A DNA stretch of 64,000 nt from an uncultured bacterium (GTDB lineage: Bacteria; Omnitrophota; Omnitrophia; Omnitrophales; Aquincolibacteriaceae), in NCBI GenBank assembly GCA_964460795.1, contig CAYWRU010000001.1:19116-83115 (forward strand), given 5' to 3'. The position numbers were made by a program, and so were the translations under genes. Shown one piece after another: positions 17,229-25,785 of this stretch; position 1 is the first letter of the stretch, and each line of letters begins with the position of its first letter. The notes under the pieces are model-generated. The model made no database searches. It saw only the letters and a list, made by a program, of their open reading frames with translations, and was not told the DNA's origin.

Positions 17229-18203
17229 TTAACCTCCAAATGCAATTGGGATCACGTTCTTTGCAATGCCGGCCCACATACCGACCTGCTTCAGCTTGTC
17301 TTGGGTCTCCTGAGGAGCCCCTATCAAACCGCCTAAAATCTTGCCCACGGCCCAGCCGCTCATGTAACCGCTGCCCATGCCGGCGGCAATCATGCCCACG
17401 TCCGCGGGGGTAACAAAGGGATTACCAGTGCGCTTAGCTGCGCCGCCTACAAGGCTGGTGAGAGCGACCTGTTCCGGTAGGTCCAGGCGCCCTGCTACGT
17501 CAGGGTCATGCCACACAATGCGATTAAACGCATCCACAGGGATGACGGGGGTCATCCTGGCTCCGGAGGCCCCGAAGTCGGCCGAGGCCTGCTTGGGCGT
17601 TCCTGAGGGGCCTGTAGGGGCGCTGTCGAGCAGGAAGGGGTCGTTGAAGTCCCGGCCGAGGATGCCGGTGTTAGCCAGGCCCCAGAGGAAGCCGGGCGTA
17701 GCCCCTGCCAAGCCGCCTGCAACGGCCAGGCTCTTGCGCAGCTTGCCTCGGCGCCAGTTGTTGGGCAGGGCCTTCTCGCCCAGGTAGCCGAGGCCGTAGC
17801 CCACGCCGGCACCCAATGCTCCTGAGGTGAGCATCGAGGCCAGCGGGCTTGGGCTGTTTGGAATGCCGAAGGTATCGCCTGGGGTGAGGTTCATGGCCTC
17901 GGTCGTATCCCGGATGAGCGGGCTGTACGCAACCTTGATCCAGTCGAGATCTTCGAGGTAGTAGGGCGGCGACACATTGGTCAACACGTCAGGATGCACG
18001 TCGGCTTTTTTTAGCCATTGGGCGACCTGGGCGTTGTCCTCGTCCTCAGCCGTCATCCACAGGCGGTTGTCCACCGTGTTGATGTATGCGCCGGCGCCTT
18101 TCCAGTACGGGAGTGTGCGAATGGCCGATTGGATGTCTTTTGCCGGTTCGCTTAGGGCATCCGTCAGCGTTTCCACCGCACTGTTCACTTCCATCCAGTT
18201 CAT
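17229..18203 (-). CDS. glycine-zipper-rich protein (324 aa)
   Basis: AAGGA sits 8 nt before the ATG. Contains GALGAGVGYGLGYLG, AVAGGLAGATPGFLWGLANTG and MIAAGMGSGYMSGWAVGKILGGLIG. Confidence 0.6.
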   Translation of the reverse strand: MNWMEVNSAVETLTDALSEPAKDIQSAIRTLPYWKGAGAYINTVDNRLWMTAEDEDNAQVAQWLKKADVHPDVLTNVSPPYYLEDLDWIKVAYSPLIRDTTEAMNLTPGDTFGIPNSPSPLASMLTSGALGAGVGYGLGYLGEKALPNNWRRGKLRKSLAVAGGLAGATPGFLWGLANTGILGRDFNDPFLLDSAPTGPSGTPKQASADFGASGARMTPVIPVDAFNRIVWHDPDVAGRLDLPEQVALTSLVGGAAKRTGNPFVTPADVGMIAAGMGSGYMSGWAVGKILGGLIGAPQETQDKLKQVGMWAGIAKNVIPIAFGG

Positions 18204-18438
18204 GTCGTATTCCTTTGCGTGCCCACTCTTTTTGGTAGTACCGGCCGAGCGGGCTATTGTACAGGTAGTCTGCTCGATCGGCCTCCGTCATTGCCATTAG
18301 TTTAACAGCGGCCCTGTTGCGGCCGATACACATCAATGGCACGTGGCAGGCGCTGCATATCGGGTCGCCGGCACGGTAGTTCAGCGCTCTTCGCACAGCC
18401 TTACCGCACAGCATGCAGGCCCATGTCTGGCTAGTCAT
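18046..18438 (-). CDS. zinc-finger protein with long 3' overlap (130 aa)
   Basis: The ATG at 18438 overlaps the upstream stop by 8 nt. CMLCGK...CSAC. The last 158 nt overlap the 17229..18203 gene, so the true end is uncertain. Confidence 0.4.
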   Translation of the reverse strand: MTSQTWACMLCGKAVRRALNYRAGDPICSACHVPLMCIGRNRAAVKLMAMTEADRADYLYNSPLGRYYQKEWARKGIRHELDGSEQCGGNADGCPKRTGKRHPIGHSHTPVLERRRRIHQHGGQPPVDDG

Positions 18439-18652
18439 CCCAATCCTCATCGTCGTCATCGGGGGTACAGTAGCCTTCCCAGTTGTCTACGCCCAAAGCC
18501 TCAAGATGCCGCAGCAGCTTGGAATCGGCCAATAATTCCAGATACTGCGACTTTGGGATAGTGATCATTTCCGGTTTGACGGTGATGGGTGTTTGGGCCT
18601 CTATTTCCGCGGCTTTGCGGAACTCTTCGGCCACCCTGCGAATATCGCTCAT
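18431..18652 (-). CDS. acidic small protein (73 aa)
   Basis: Track ORF with a C-terminal DDDDEDWDD. Confidence 0.5.
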   Translation of the reverse strand: MSDIRRVAEEFRKAAEIEAQTPITVKPEMITIPKSQYLELLADSKLLRHLEALGVDNWEGYCTPDDDDEDWDD

Positions 18653-18870
18653 TCAGGCTCGTGTTCTATTTTGCGTGTTTCGGATCCTAACGTGAATCCC
18701 GGTAAGGCCGTCCTGGGGTGTACTAAGCTAGGAAACTCGAAGTCATCGCATTCGCAGCCCTCTATCAAGCACAGGCAGTAGCTGCCTGCGGGCCTAGCAT
18801 GCGGCATGAAATGCGTCTCATGGTCTTCGCGCAAATGGCCGCATATAGCGCACTTGGCCTTACTGTGCAT
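18649..18870 (-). CDS. Cys/His-rich small protein (73 aa)
   Basis: CAICGHLREDHETH...CLCLIEGCEC. Confidence 0.5.
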   Translation of the reverse strand: MHSKAKCAICGHLREDHETHFMPHARPAGSYCLCLIEGCECDDFEFPSLVHPRTALPGFTLGSETRKIEHEPE

Positions 18871-19210
18871 CTTCGTCTTTGTCCCGGCCCAGATCGTTGA
18901 AGCCGGTCTTTTCGCCTCGGGCCAGCTTCATACGGGCCAGCCGGATGCATTCCTCAAGCTCGCCCATGACCTCGTACGCCGTTTGGTGCTCTCGGGAGTA
19001 GTCCAGCACCTCGTCTTCGCTCAAGTGCTCGCACAACTTGTTACGAGCCGAGCGGTAGTAGTTGAGCCACTTCTCCATCGTCTGCAGATCCGATTCGCTG
19101 AGGTTGTCCTCGTCCATGCAGATGATGTCGGCCGTAAAGCCGCCAATCAGGCGAATCATGTCGGCCGCATAGTCCCGTTTTGCCTTTTCTTTCGCATCCC
19201 ATTCGGACAT
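18860..19210 (-). CDS. hypothetical protein (116 aa)
   Basis: Track ORF, helical and acidic. Confidence 0.55.
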   Translation of the reverse strand: MSEWDAKEKAKRDYAADMIRLIGGFTADIICMDEDNLSESDLQTMEKWLNYYRSARNKLCEHLSEDEVLDYSREHQTAYEVMGELEECIRLARMKLARGEKTGFNDLGRDKDEDAQ

Positions 19211-19215
19211 TGCAT

Positions 19216-19674
19216 CTACCCTTCGTCAGACTGTTGTTGCTTGGGCCGCAGCGTACCGTCCTGGTACAAACCTACTGTCGGCCCAATATCACGAGGCGGA
19301 TGCGTGAAGCAGTGCAGCAATACCGGCCTGGTGCCGATATGCCCGTCTACTTGAACACACGCACCGCCGAAATCTCCCGGCCCTCGCCGAGGCCGACTTA
19401 ACCAGTGCAAATGGTAGTCGGGCTTAAAACACTTAAGCAGTTCAGTCAGGCACAGTGTGTAGCCGGCCGTGTAACACTTACCATCTAGCCGCCCTCCCAT
19501 GATCTCAACCTCGGTGGGAAAGCAGTAGATTTCCCAAGGGGCGTTGGGCTTATCGTCCGGCGCTTGCCAGTACCAGCGAATTTCACCGGATGTCTCCAGC
19601 GGACTCATGGCCCCGATTACACGATCGATTAAACGCTGCATCCAACGCGGCGTGCTGCTCTTTTCCGGCTGCAT
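19216..19674 (-). CDS. hypothetical protein (152 aa)
   Basis: Track ORF. No motif recognised. Confidence 0.55.
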   Translation of the reverse strand: MQPEKSSTPRWMQRLIDRVIGAMSPLETSGEIRWYWQAPDDKPNAPWEIYCFPTEVEIMGGRLDGKCYTAGYTLCLTELLKCFKPDYHLHWLSRPRRGPGDFGGACVQVDGHIGTRPVLLHCFTHPPRDIGPTVGLYQDGTLRPKQQQSDEG

Positions 19675-19765
19675 GTCATCTTCTCCAGTTTGCCAAAAGC
19701 TATTATACGTTTTTGGCCAAATCTACGAAGAAGATCAGTACGCGTGAGACTGAGGGCCGTATCCC

Positions 19766-20203
19766 CTACGAAAAAATTTCCGGTCCGCCGACCTCCGGTT
19801 CACTCCGGTTCGCCTCAGCCTTCGGATAATGCCGTGCAATGATTCGCTCAATATGGCTCGTCCCGACGTGCACGAGCGGCACTTTCAGAAAAGCGCACGC
19901 ACGGTATACCTCTGCATTGATCTCATCGGCGGCGCGGACTATCCAAGGCTCCGGGATAAACATATAGCCGTCATTGATCTTCTTCAGATCAAGAGGATTG
20001 CCTTGCTCGTCCGTCTGAACGAACCCGTGCAGTCCCCTGTCGGCGGCAATTGATTCGGGCGTTTCTTCGGACTTTCGCCAGATATTGTCGACACGCGAGA
20101 AATACTCGATGTACGAGGATTCTGAGACTTGTCGCCATCGAACGCGTTCATCGTCTCCGGTATTCCAGTACTTCGGCCATTTGTTTAACACGCTATCGCT
20201 CAC
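19766..20203 (-). CDS. hypothetical protein (145 aa)
   Basis: Start moved to the GTG at 20203, with AAGGAG 7 nt upstream. The track's longer N-terminus overlaps the upstream gene. Confidence 0.55.
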   Translation of the reverse strand: MSDSVLNKWPKYWNTGDDERVRWRQVSESSYIEYFSRVDNIWRKSEETPESIAADRGLHGFVQTDEQGNPLDLKKINDGYMFIPEPWIVRAADEINAEVYRACAFLKVPLVHVGTSHIERIIARHYPKAEANRSEPEVGGPEIFS

Positions 20204-20384
20204 TCTGTGTCTCCTTAGCGGTTTGTTCCCGTTCTCTGCACTCATTACTGCGAAACTTATCGCCGTTATCGTCGTTAGACGATCCGCAGTCGTACCTGAC
20301 GTACCAATCACCGGTGGCTAGATGTTCCCAGCATGCGGCGGCTGCTCCGCAATCAGGGCAATTCACGCACTCTCCTTTATCCAA
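20193..20384 (-). CDS. zinc-ribbon protein (63 aa)
   Basis: CVNCPDCG...C...C. Confidence 0.5.
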   Translation of the reverse strand: MDKGECVNCPDCGAAAACWEHLATGDWYVRYDCGSSNDDNGDKFRSNECREREQTAKETQSER

Positions 20385-20811
20385 GCTTTTGTATTCGTTG
20401 GTATTCCTCGTACTCCTCCTGCGTCACCTCTACGTTATCGCCGTTACGGCGGATGAATATCCCCGTGCCGGGGCTAGTCTTCTCAGTACCGGCGTTGAAC
20501 CAGCTGGCAATGACGTTCATCCACTCGGCACGGCAACCCTTGCAAACGCGCAGGTTATACGTCTGCATAGGCCTTAATTCGGCATCCGTACGCACAGTAC
20601 CGGAGGACAGCGTAATGGCCGGCCCGTTAGGCACCTGCAATACGCTGGGCTCCTTGGCTTGTACGTATTCCGCCCCTTCAGGCGGAATAAGCACAACTTG
20701 CCGGTCAAACATGATGCCCAGTTCCTCCATGGCGTAGAAACACGCCATATGCAGCGTACGCAGATCTTCAGTCTCTACGCCGCAGCGGGCGCACATTTTT
20801 GACTCCGGCAT
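20377..20811 (-). CDS. zinc-ribbon protein (144 aa)
   Basis: The ATG at 20811 forms a TAATG junction with the upstream small ORF. CARCG...CKGC. Confidence 0.55.
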   Translation of the reverse strand: MPESKMCARCGVETEDLRTLHMACFYAMEELGIMFDRQVVLIPPEGAEYVQAKEPSVLQVPNGPAITLSSGTVRTDAELRPMQTYNLRVCKGCRAEWMNVIASWFNAGTEKTSPGTGIFIRRNGDNVEVTQEEYEEYQRIQKLG

Positions 20812-20981
20812 TACCAATCTCCTAGTTCGTACAGCCCTACTGATATCCAGCTACGTTTGCCGCTTTTCAGGTCTTCTTCAAGCTTTTTCTTCTTTCGTTC
20901 CAGTTCCTTTTTGCGTGCAATTGCAGCCGCATTGACCCAAACAGCCAGGACTATAACGACAGCCCAAAACAACCAGGTCAT
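20811..20981 (-). CDS. small membrane protein (56 aa)
   Basis: Found manually. ATGA overlap with the upstream stop. Sequence MTWLFWAVVIVLAVWVNAAAIARKKELERKKKK. Confidence 0.45.
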   Translation of the reverse strand: MTWLFWAVVIVLAVWVNAAAIARKKELERKKKKLEEDLKSGKRSWISVGLYELGDW

Positions 20982-21322
20982 GGCTGGGCCTCCTCTTTGC
21001 TGCTGATGTCGTCGACGTGCGTAATACGGAAGCCTTCCAAGCAGCCCAAGCGCAGGCCTTCGTGATCGCAGATGACGATGGTGCCTTCTACGGCTTCTTC
21101 TTTCGACAACTCGTGCTCAAGGCTGCATTCCGGGCACTGCCAGCGATGCACCACCAGTGTTTCCACCGTTATGCCCAGAAGCTCATTCGCGGTGCGGGTC
21201 TTTTTCTTTGCCGGCTTGCCGACAATGCACGCTTGACGCTTGGGTTTGGTTTTGGGTTTACCGGCCTTCATAGTCATTGAAAGCGGTATTCCTCGGGTAT
21301 CGGACGTTTCGCGATCTGCCAT
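20978..21322 (-). CDS. zinc-ribbon protein (114 aa)
   Basis: Basic N-terminus, CPECS...C...C. Confidence 0.5.
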   Translation of the reverse strand: MADRETSDTRGIPLSMTMKAGKPKTKPKRQACIVGKPAKKKTRTANELLGITVETLVVHRWQCPECSLEHELSKEEAVEGTIVICDHEGLRLGCLEGFRITHVDDISSKEEAQP

Positions 21323-21326
21323 GACG

Positions 21327-21503
21327 TTATTCCTCTAAGATTTCCGGCTCTCCAAGACTAGTGACTTCTATCTCCTCGTGTACAAACTCGGCCTCGCCTT
21401 TCTGGAACGCTTTAATCGCTTCTTTGGGCGATTCGGCCGTTACTCTGTACTCTTGCCAACCTGATGCTTTCTCTACGGGGACGATCAGTCGGTAGTTATT
21501 CAC
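21327..21503 (-). CDS. small protein (58 aa)
   Basis: Found manually. GTGA overlap with the upstream stop. Sequence VNNYRLIVPVEKASGWQEYRVTAESPKEAIKAFQKGEAEF. Confidence 0.4.
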   Translation of the reverse strand: MNNYRLIVPVEKASGWQEYRVTAESPKEAIKAFQKGEAEFVHEEIEVTSLGEPEILEE

Positions 21504-21958
21504 TTAGTGCTTTGTTTTAGGTGCTTTCTTACTGTTTCACGTACTTTGTCCACGGCATCGTAATCTTGGCCGTGCATAGCGTCCTGAGCTTGAGCCAGTT
21601 CTATGCCTACTTCGTGCAAAGCATCCGTTAAGCGCGCTACTTCGGCCGTTAGTTTTTGGACGTTGGCGTCGCGCTTCCAAATGGTATGGATAGCCTGCGC
21701 TAAGCCGTAGCCAAAGCCGTTCGTCTTCGCTTCCGCTTCCATTTGAGCGCGGGGCTCAATATCGAATTCGGTTTCGATATGCAGCCATGCGCGTTCACGT
21801 TCCGCTAGCAGCGCATCATGCGCCGCTTTCAATTCGCTATAGTCCCGCTCGCTGTACACCATTTCCGGTTTCTCCGCCCCCGCCGCGCCGTAGTCGGCAA
21901 ATGCGCGGAACGGCTTATGCTGCATCTCGGACACGGCTGCTCCTTTGTTAAAGGTCAA
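21500..21958 (-). CDS. coiled-coil protein (152 aa)
   Basis: Track ORF, helical. Confidence 0.55.
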   Translation of the reverse strand: MTFNKGAAVSEMQHKPFRAFADYGAAGAEKPEMVYSERDYSELKAAHDALLAERERAWLHIETEFDIEPRAQMEAEAKTNGFGYGLAQAIHTIWKRDANVQKLTAEVARLTDALHEVGIELAQAQDAMHGQDYDAVDKVRETVRKHLKQSTK

Positions 21959-22069
21959 AGTAAGAAGGACAAGCGGACGCTAATCCAACCTATTTTCAGA
22001 AACGCTCCAAGCCGGCTTTGCTTAGTCCGGTCCCTGTCACTTCAAATGAGACGCAGTATTTATCGTCGG

Positions 22070-22303
22070 TCATAAGCCTCCCGGCTCCTTCAAAACGGTG
22101 AGGCCGGCGGCTTTGAATCCCACCAGCGTCTGAGTCTTGTCATCCTTGGTAACTAAGCCCCACACGATGGTGTAGGAGCTGCCTGAGTAGCCGACGATTT
22201 CCACCGAGCAGCCTACTACTACGGCCGTAGCGACGGTACCGCCCGGCAAACCGCTGTACACTTCTCCTCGTACGGTACGTCCCATCATGCCTGCGAGAAT
22301 CAT
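22070..22303 (-). CDS. hypothetical protein (77 aa)
   Basis: Track ORF. Confidence 0.5.
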   Translation of the reverse strand: MILAGMMGRTVRGEVYSGLPGGTVATAVVVGCSVEIVGYSGSSYTIVWGLVTKDDKTQTLVGFKAAGLTVLKEPGGL

Positions 22304-22328
22304 GGCTTAGGTCCTTTCCAAGAATGAG

Positions 22329-22967
22329 TTAAAAATCAGTATCGGCTTCTCCTTCGTCCGCTTCGGGCGGATTGGTCAGTTCTTCGTATTCAGGGTTACG
22401 TTCCACTACGTGCACCGGCGCAGTGGGTAGGATGAGGATGTCCGGTTTGTGCGTACACACCGTCAGCCCCATGTCGTAGATAGCTTTGTTGACCATGGGG
22501 CTGTCTTTTTCCGTGTACTTGTCGAAGCTCTCCTGCTTAAGCAGCGCGAAGAACACCATGTCCTGGTCGTTGCCCAGCCGCATGTATCCGAACAGCGGAT
22601 AGTCCTTCGGATCCACCGGATTGTCCGGTCCGCCGGCTACTATTCGCACGCATTTGGACGTTACCGGGCCTTTGTCCAACTGGCAGAAGGCCAGAGAGTT
22701 GGGCGTCGGCGGATTGCGTACGGCAAAGCTGTTATTCGCCAGCGGCCCGCCGATGAACCTGTACACGGATAGGCTTTCCTCGTACGCCAGCTCCGTCTCG
22801 CCCAGTTTGTACAGAGCAAGGCGTTTGCCTTCGTCCAGGTAGACGCCCGTGTATCCGCCTACGGTTATGATGCCTTCAAAAGCACCGGCGGGTACCTCGG
22901 TGCCGTCCATAGGCCCGCCGACCGCAACAAGCATTGCTTCCTTGTTGAATTCTTCCTCAAGAGACAT
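22329..22967 (-). CDS. hypothetical protein with GGPxDG-type motifs (212 aa)
   Basis: Contains VGGPMDGTEVP, IGGPLANN and AGGPDNP. The neighbouring 22972..23205 product shares KGGPYDGK. Confidence 0.55.
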   Translation of the reverse strand: MSLEEEFNKEAMLVAVGGPMDGTEVPAGAFEGIITVGGYTGVYLDEGKRLALYKLGETELAYEESLSVYRFIGGPLANNSFAVRNPPTPNSLAFCQLDKGPVTSKCVRIVAGGPDNPVDPKDYPLFGYMRLGNDQDMVFFALLKQESFDKYTEKDSPMVNKAIYDMGLTVCTHKPDILILPTAPVHVVERNPEYEELTNPPEADEGEADTDF

Positions 22968-22971
22968 GCGT

Positions 22972-23205
22972 TTATTTTCCTTTACACTCTGTTAAGAACA
23001 GATCGCGGGCATCGTGCGGCGCGAATAAGGTTTGGAACACGTACTTGTCCTGAGCTACGTCGTAGCCGTAATGCGCCCACTGCTTGCGGCTTTCGGTCAT
23101 AAGCAGCAATTCGTCGCCTTGTGCCGGCTCATCGCCACTGTACGCGGTCAGCTTTCCGTCGTACGGTCCGCCCTTCAATTCAATCTTGCGATCCATGCTT
23201 GTCAT
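22972..23205 (-). CDS. hypothetical protein (77 aa)
   Basis: Track ORF with the GGPYDG motif. Confidence 0.5.
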   Translation of the reverse strand: MTSMDRKIELKGGPYDGKLTAYSGDEPAQGDELLLMTESRKQWAHYGYDVAQDKYVFQTLFAPHDARDLFLTECKGK

Positions 23206-23226
23206 GCCCCATTGTCTGTGTTGTCG

Positions 23227-23553
23227 TTAAAACTCGGATTCTTCCGCGTGACGTAGATTTACGGTGTGCACCATGGACACTAGCAACTGAGTATTCATGT
23301 CCATGATCACGCAGTGACCGTTGTCAACGCGGTGCTTCTTCATCTTTCCCGCGGAATTAGCCCACTCGCTTTGCGAATAGATGCGAGTGATGAAAACGAA
23401 CATACGTGGTTTCTCTTCGCCGTAGCCGAGATACCCGTAATACTTCTTCTTGTCCTCGTCGCTGTAGTCCTTGATGGTCTCCAGGTCGAGGGTTACGACA
23501 TCGCCGCGGCGAATGCGTTGTTTATCTTTTTTCTTGCTCATACTCTGCGTCAC
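23227..23553 (-). CDS. hypothetical protein (108 aa)
   Basis: Track ORF. Confidence 0.5.
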   Translation of the reverse strand: MTQSMSKKKDKQRIRRGDVVTLDLETIKDYSDEDKKKYYGYLGYGEEKPRMFVFITRIYSQSEWANSAGKMKKHRVDNGHCVIMDMNTQLLVSMVHTVNLRHAEESEF

Positions 23554-23956
23554 CTAATAGCTGATTTGTAAACGTGAGGAAGTGTTGGTTGAGTCTTTCT
23601 CGCTGCATGCCTCTTTGAAACGACTCATACATAAAAAAGAAGACACCGATGAGGAGCATAATAAAGCCGGCAATGCCGCTGGTCGTACGCGGCGATAAGT
23701 TGACGGCTTGGAGCACCAAAGATGATCCTGTGCCGACCAATACAGCGCGTACGACCAGCAGCAACCGTTGCATTACATGACCCTCCAGATAGCGCGTAAC
23801 GTGTAGAAAACGGCCTTGGCGAACATCGCCGTAGGCAAAGACACGGACACTGACGCAAACATGAAACCAACTCCCGAAACTAACTACTAACTTCCTCCAT
23901 GGACACGGATAGTCGTTATCCACAAGCACTTGCTTGTTCCTTCCTTTAAGCCGCAC
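23522..23956 (-). CDS. membrane protein (up to 144 aa; start uncertain)
   Basis: GTG start in the track. Two TM segments (LLLVVRAVLVGTGSSLVLQAV, IAGFIMLLIGVFFFMY). Confidence 0.45.
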   Translation of the reverse strand: MRLKGRNKQVLVDNDYPCPWRKLVVSFGSWFHVCVSVRVFAYGDVRQGRFLHVTRYLEGHVMQRLLLVVRAVLVGTGSSLVLQAVNLSPRTTSGIAGFIMLLIGVFFFMYESFQRGMQRERLNQHFLTFTNQLLGDAEYEQEKR

Positions 23957-23980
23957 GTTTCACATACGGCTGGCGAACAA

Positions 23981-24000
23981 TTGTGAACGCGCGTTCACAA
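23981..24000 (-). repeat. palindromic element, perfect 20-bp copy TTGTGAACGCGCGTTCACAA
   Basis: Read directly from the sequence. Intergenic, 25-44 nt upstream of the 23956 start. Confidence 0.8.
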
Positions 24001-24008
24001 TGTGTACG

Positions 24009-24311
24009 TTATTTGTCTTTGGGCAGCACGATTACGATGGGAATCGTAATAACGTAGCCCCTTGCCGTGTTTTGTTTGTTCAGGCACGCAAGTGCGCGGT
24101 ACGTGTAACCTTCAGAAGTGATGTCGATGAGCCACCATCCGTTGCCGGCATCCATGTTTATCTTGGTGCCCTCCGGCAAATATTGCTTTAGTAGCTCGGC
24201 GTTGCGCTCGCGCTCGATTTGAGTGACTTGCTCGGGCGTCAGCTGAATCTTCGGCTGAGCTTCACAGCCCAGCGCCGTCAGCAGAACCAGGCATGCGATC
24301 AGGTATCTCAT
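24009..24311 (-). CDS. lipoprotein (100 aa)
   Basis: MRYLIACLVLLTALG-C, with lipobox LTALGC. Confidence 0.6.
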   Translation of the reverse strand: MRYLIACLVLLTALGCEAQPKIQLTPEQVTQIERERNAELLKQYLPEGTKINMDAGNGWWLIDITSEGYTYRALACLNKQNTARGYVITIPIVIVLPKDK

Positions 24312-24510
24312 CCTTTTCTTCCTTGAGTTTGAGTTCGGCTTTCTCTTCAGCGCGTGTTACTTCGCCCTTATGCCTTCGCGCATTGCCGCACATTGCACAC
24401 GAGCACTGAGCTAGATGGTCAGCCAATGTGGCCTCTTGATCATGCGGATAGATCTTGCGCGCCTTGGCTTTCATGCGCTTACTGTCTTCGCGTCGTCGTG
24501 CTCGTCCCAT
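24262..24510 (-). CDS. basic Cys-containing small protein (82 aa)
   Basis: The ATG at 24510 is 2 nt after the upstream stop. MGRARRRED...CSCAMCGNARRHKGE. Confidence 0.5.
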   Translation of the reverse strand: MGRARRREDSKRMKAKARKIYPHDQEATLADHLAQCSCAMCGNARRHKGEVTRAEEKAELKLKEEKDEIPDRMPGSADGAGL

Positions 24511-24512
24511 AG

Positions 24513-24716
24513 TTAGGTCCAGGTAATAGTGACATGCTGACTGAGCCAATAAAGCAGGCTTACCCACGCTATGGCCCCTGCGATGACCACAAACTGTTCA
24601 TTATCGCCCAGTGAGCTTCTACCGTTTGTGAACGCGTCAATGAGCTTCGCAACGACGGCTCCGGGAAGGGCCAGCAGGATCATGAGGGCCATGTGCAAAA
24701 AAGGAATGATTTCCAC
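24513..24716 (-). CDS. small membrane protein (67 aa)
   Basis: GTG start preceded by AAGGAG. Two TM segments. Confidence 0.5.
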   Translation of the reverse strand: MEIIPFLHMALMILLALPGAVVAKLIDAFTNGRSSLGDNEQFVVIAGAIAWVSLLYWLSQHVTITWT

Positions 24717-24726
24717 GGCTACTCCT

Positions 24727-24759
24727 TAAAACAACGGAGCCGCAGTGGTTAGCTGCGGC
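24727..24759 (-). terminator. candidate rho-independent terminator
   Basis: Minus strand: GCCGCAG-ctaacca-CTGCGGC, then TCCGTTGTTTTAAGGAG. Confidence 0.5.
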
Positions 24760-24777
24760 CCCGTATAGTGTTACTTG

Positions 24778-25308
24778 TTACCGACCTGCGAACTTCTTTC
24801 GATCGGCGGCGATGTATTCATCCGCCTTAGCGATGACCGCTTCCGTCATCGCCCACGTTACGGAATCATCATCATTGAACCCAGTGATGGTGTCGTGACG
24901 AACAGAGCGCTCGTACTCTTTCTGGTTGTAGTAAGGACTGTGATCCGGACGCGCCATCGCGTCTTTGATGTACTGCGCACTGGTGATCGCTATATCGTTC
25001 TTTTCCTTGAACTTCTCGGGGTACATCTCCTTGATGGCATTGAAGATGAAGTTCTCGTACTTCAAACGCAGTTCTTGGTTGATCTCGTCACGAACCTGCG
25101 TCAAACGATGAGCGGCCCCAAGGAGACAGAACGTACGGGCCTCCGGGCTCCATGGGTCCACTTCATCGCAGTGATCTTCGTCGTAAGCCAAAGCCCCTTT
25201 CACCCAGAAGGTGGCGCTCTTGAGGATGTCCCCAAGTCGCTTGGTGGTGTTAAGGCTTTTGATTACGGTCGGCTTCTTGCTTGCGATCTTCGTCATTTTG
25301 GCGATCAA
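24778..25308 (-). CDS. hypothetical protein (176 aa)
   Basis: Track ORF. Overlaps the upstream ORF by about 59 nt. Confidence 0.5.
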   Translation of the reverse strand: MIAKMTKIASKKPTVIKSLNTTKRLGDILKSATFWVKGALAYDEDHCDEVDPWSPEARTFCLLGAAHRLTQVRDEINQELRLKYENFIFNAIKEMYPEKFKEKNDIAITSAQYIKDAMARPDHSPYYNQKEYERSVRHDTITGFNDDDSVTWAMTEAVIAKADEYIAADRKKFAGR

Positions 25309-25453
25309 TTTCTTGTTCGATCTTGGTTACTATCTGGCGAATGTCATCCGGCATTTCCGCTTCAAGTCCCGAGTAGATCAATTTGCCCTTTTCACGGGCT
25401 ACGATCTTTCCGCAATTCCTGATGATCCAAGTGGCAAAGTCCGATGCGCGCAC
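25250..25453 (-). CDS. hypothetical protein (67 aa)
   Basis: GTG at 25453, with GGGAGG 7 nt upstream and 2 nt after the upstream stop. Confidence 0.45.
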   Translation of the reverse strand: MRASDFATWIIRNCGKIVAREKGKLIYSGLEAEMPDDIRQIVTKIEQEIDRQNDEDRKQEADRNQKP

Positions 25454-25455
25454 TA

Positions 25456-25770
25456 CTATTCCTCCCAATCATCCTCGTCCAACCACTCGCGGTAGGCTTC
25501 GGGATCGTAATCAGGAGGGCCGGCAAGCTCGACATCTTCGAACTTGCTGACATCGTCTTTGTAATCGCAGCCGGTATCAAACCGACTCTTATTCATTTCC
25601 TCGGCATCGTGGACCAACCAACCGATGGTGTCCGCAATGTCTTCAGCCGTTGTCCCTGCGTCTTCGCCGGACTCATCCACCGCTTCCATAACGGTTTCGA
25701 GCGTGGCTACGATTCCTTGGGACTTGATTGCCTCGATAAGAAGCATTTTCAACTCGAAGCTCATACGCAC
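25456..25770 (-). CDS. acidic protein (104 aa)
   Basis: Track ORF with a C-terminal WLDEDDWEE. Confidence 0.5.
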   Translation of the reverse strand: MRMSFELKMLLIEAIKSQGIVATLETVMEAVDESGEDAGTTAEDIADTIGWLVHDAEEMNKSRFDTGCDYKDDVSKFEDVELAGPPDYDPEAYREWLDEDDWEE

Positions 25771-25785
25771 TCCTGCGTAAAGCGG

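Noticed and set aside
19702-19730. Sigma70-like promoter: TATAAT on the minus strand at 19702-19707 with a weak -35 (TTCGTA).
   Set aside because: Only the -10 is good, the -35 matches 3 of 6, and it is a single instance. That is not enough to call.
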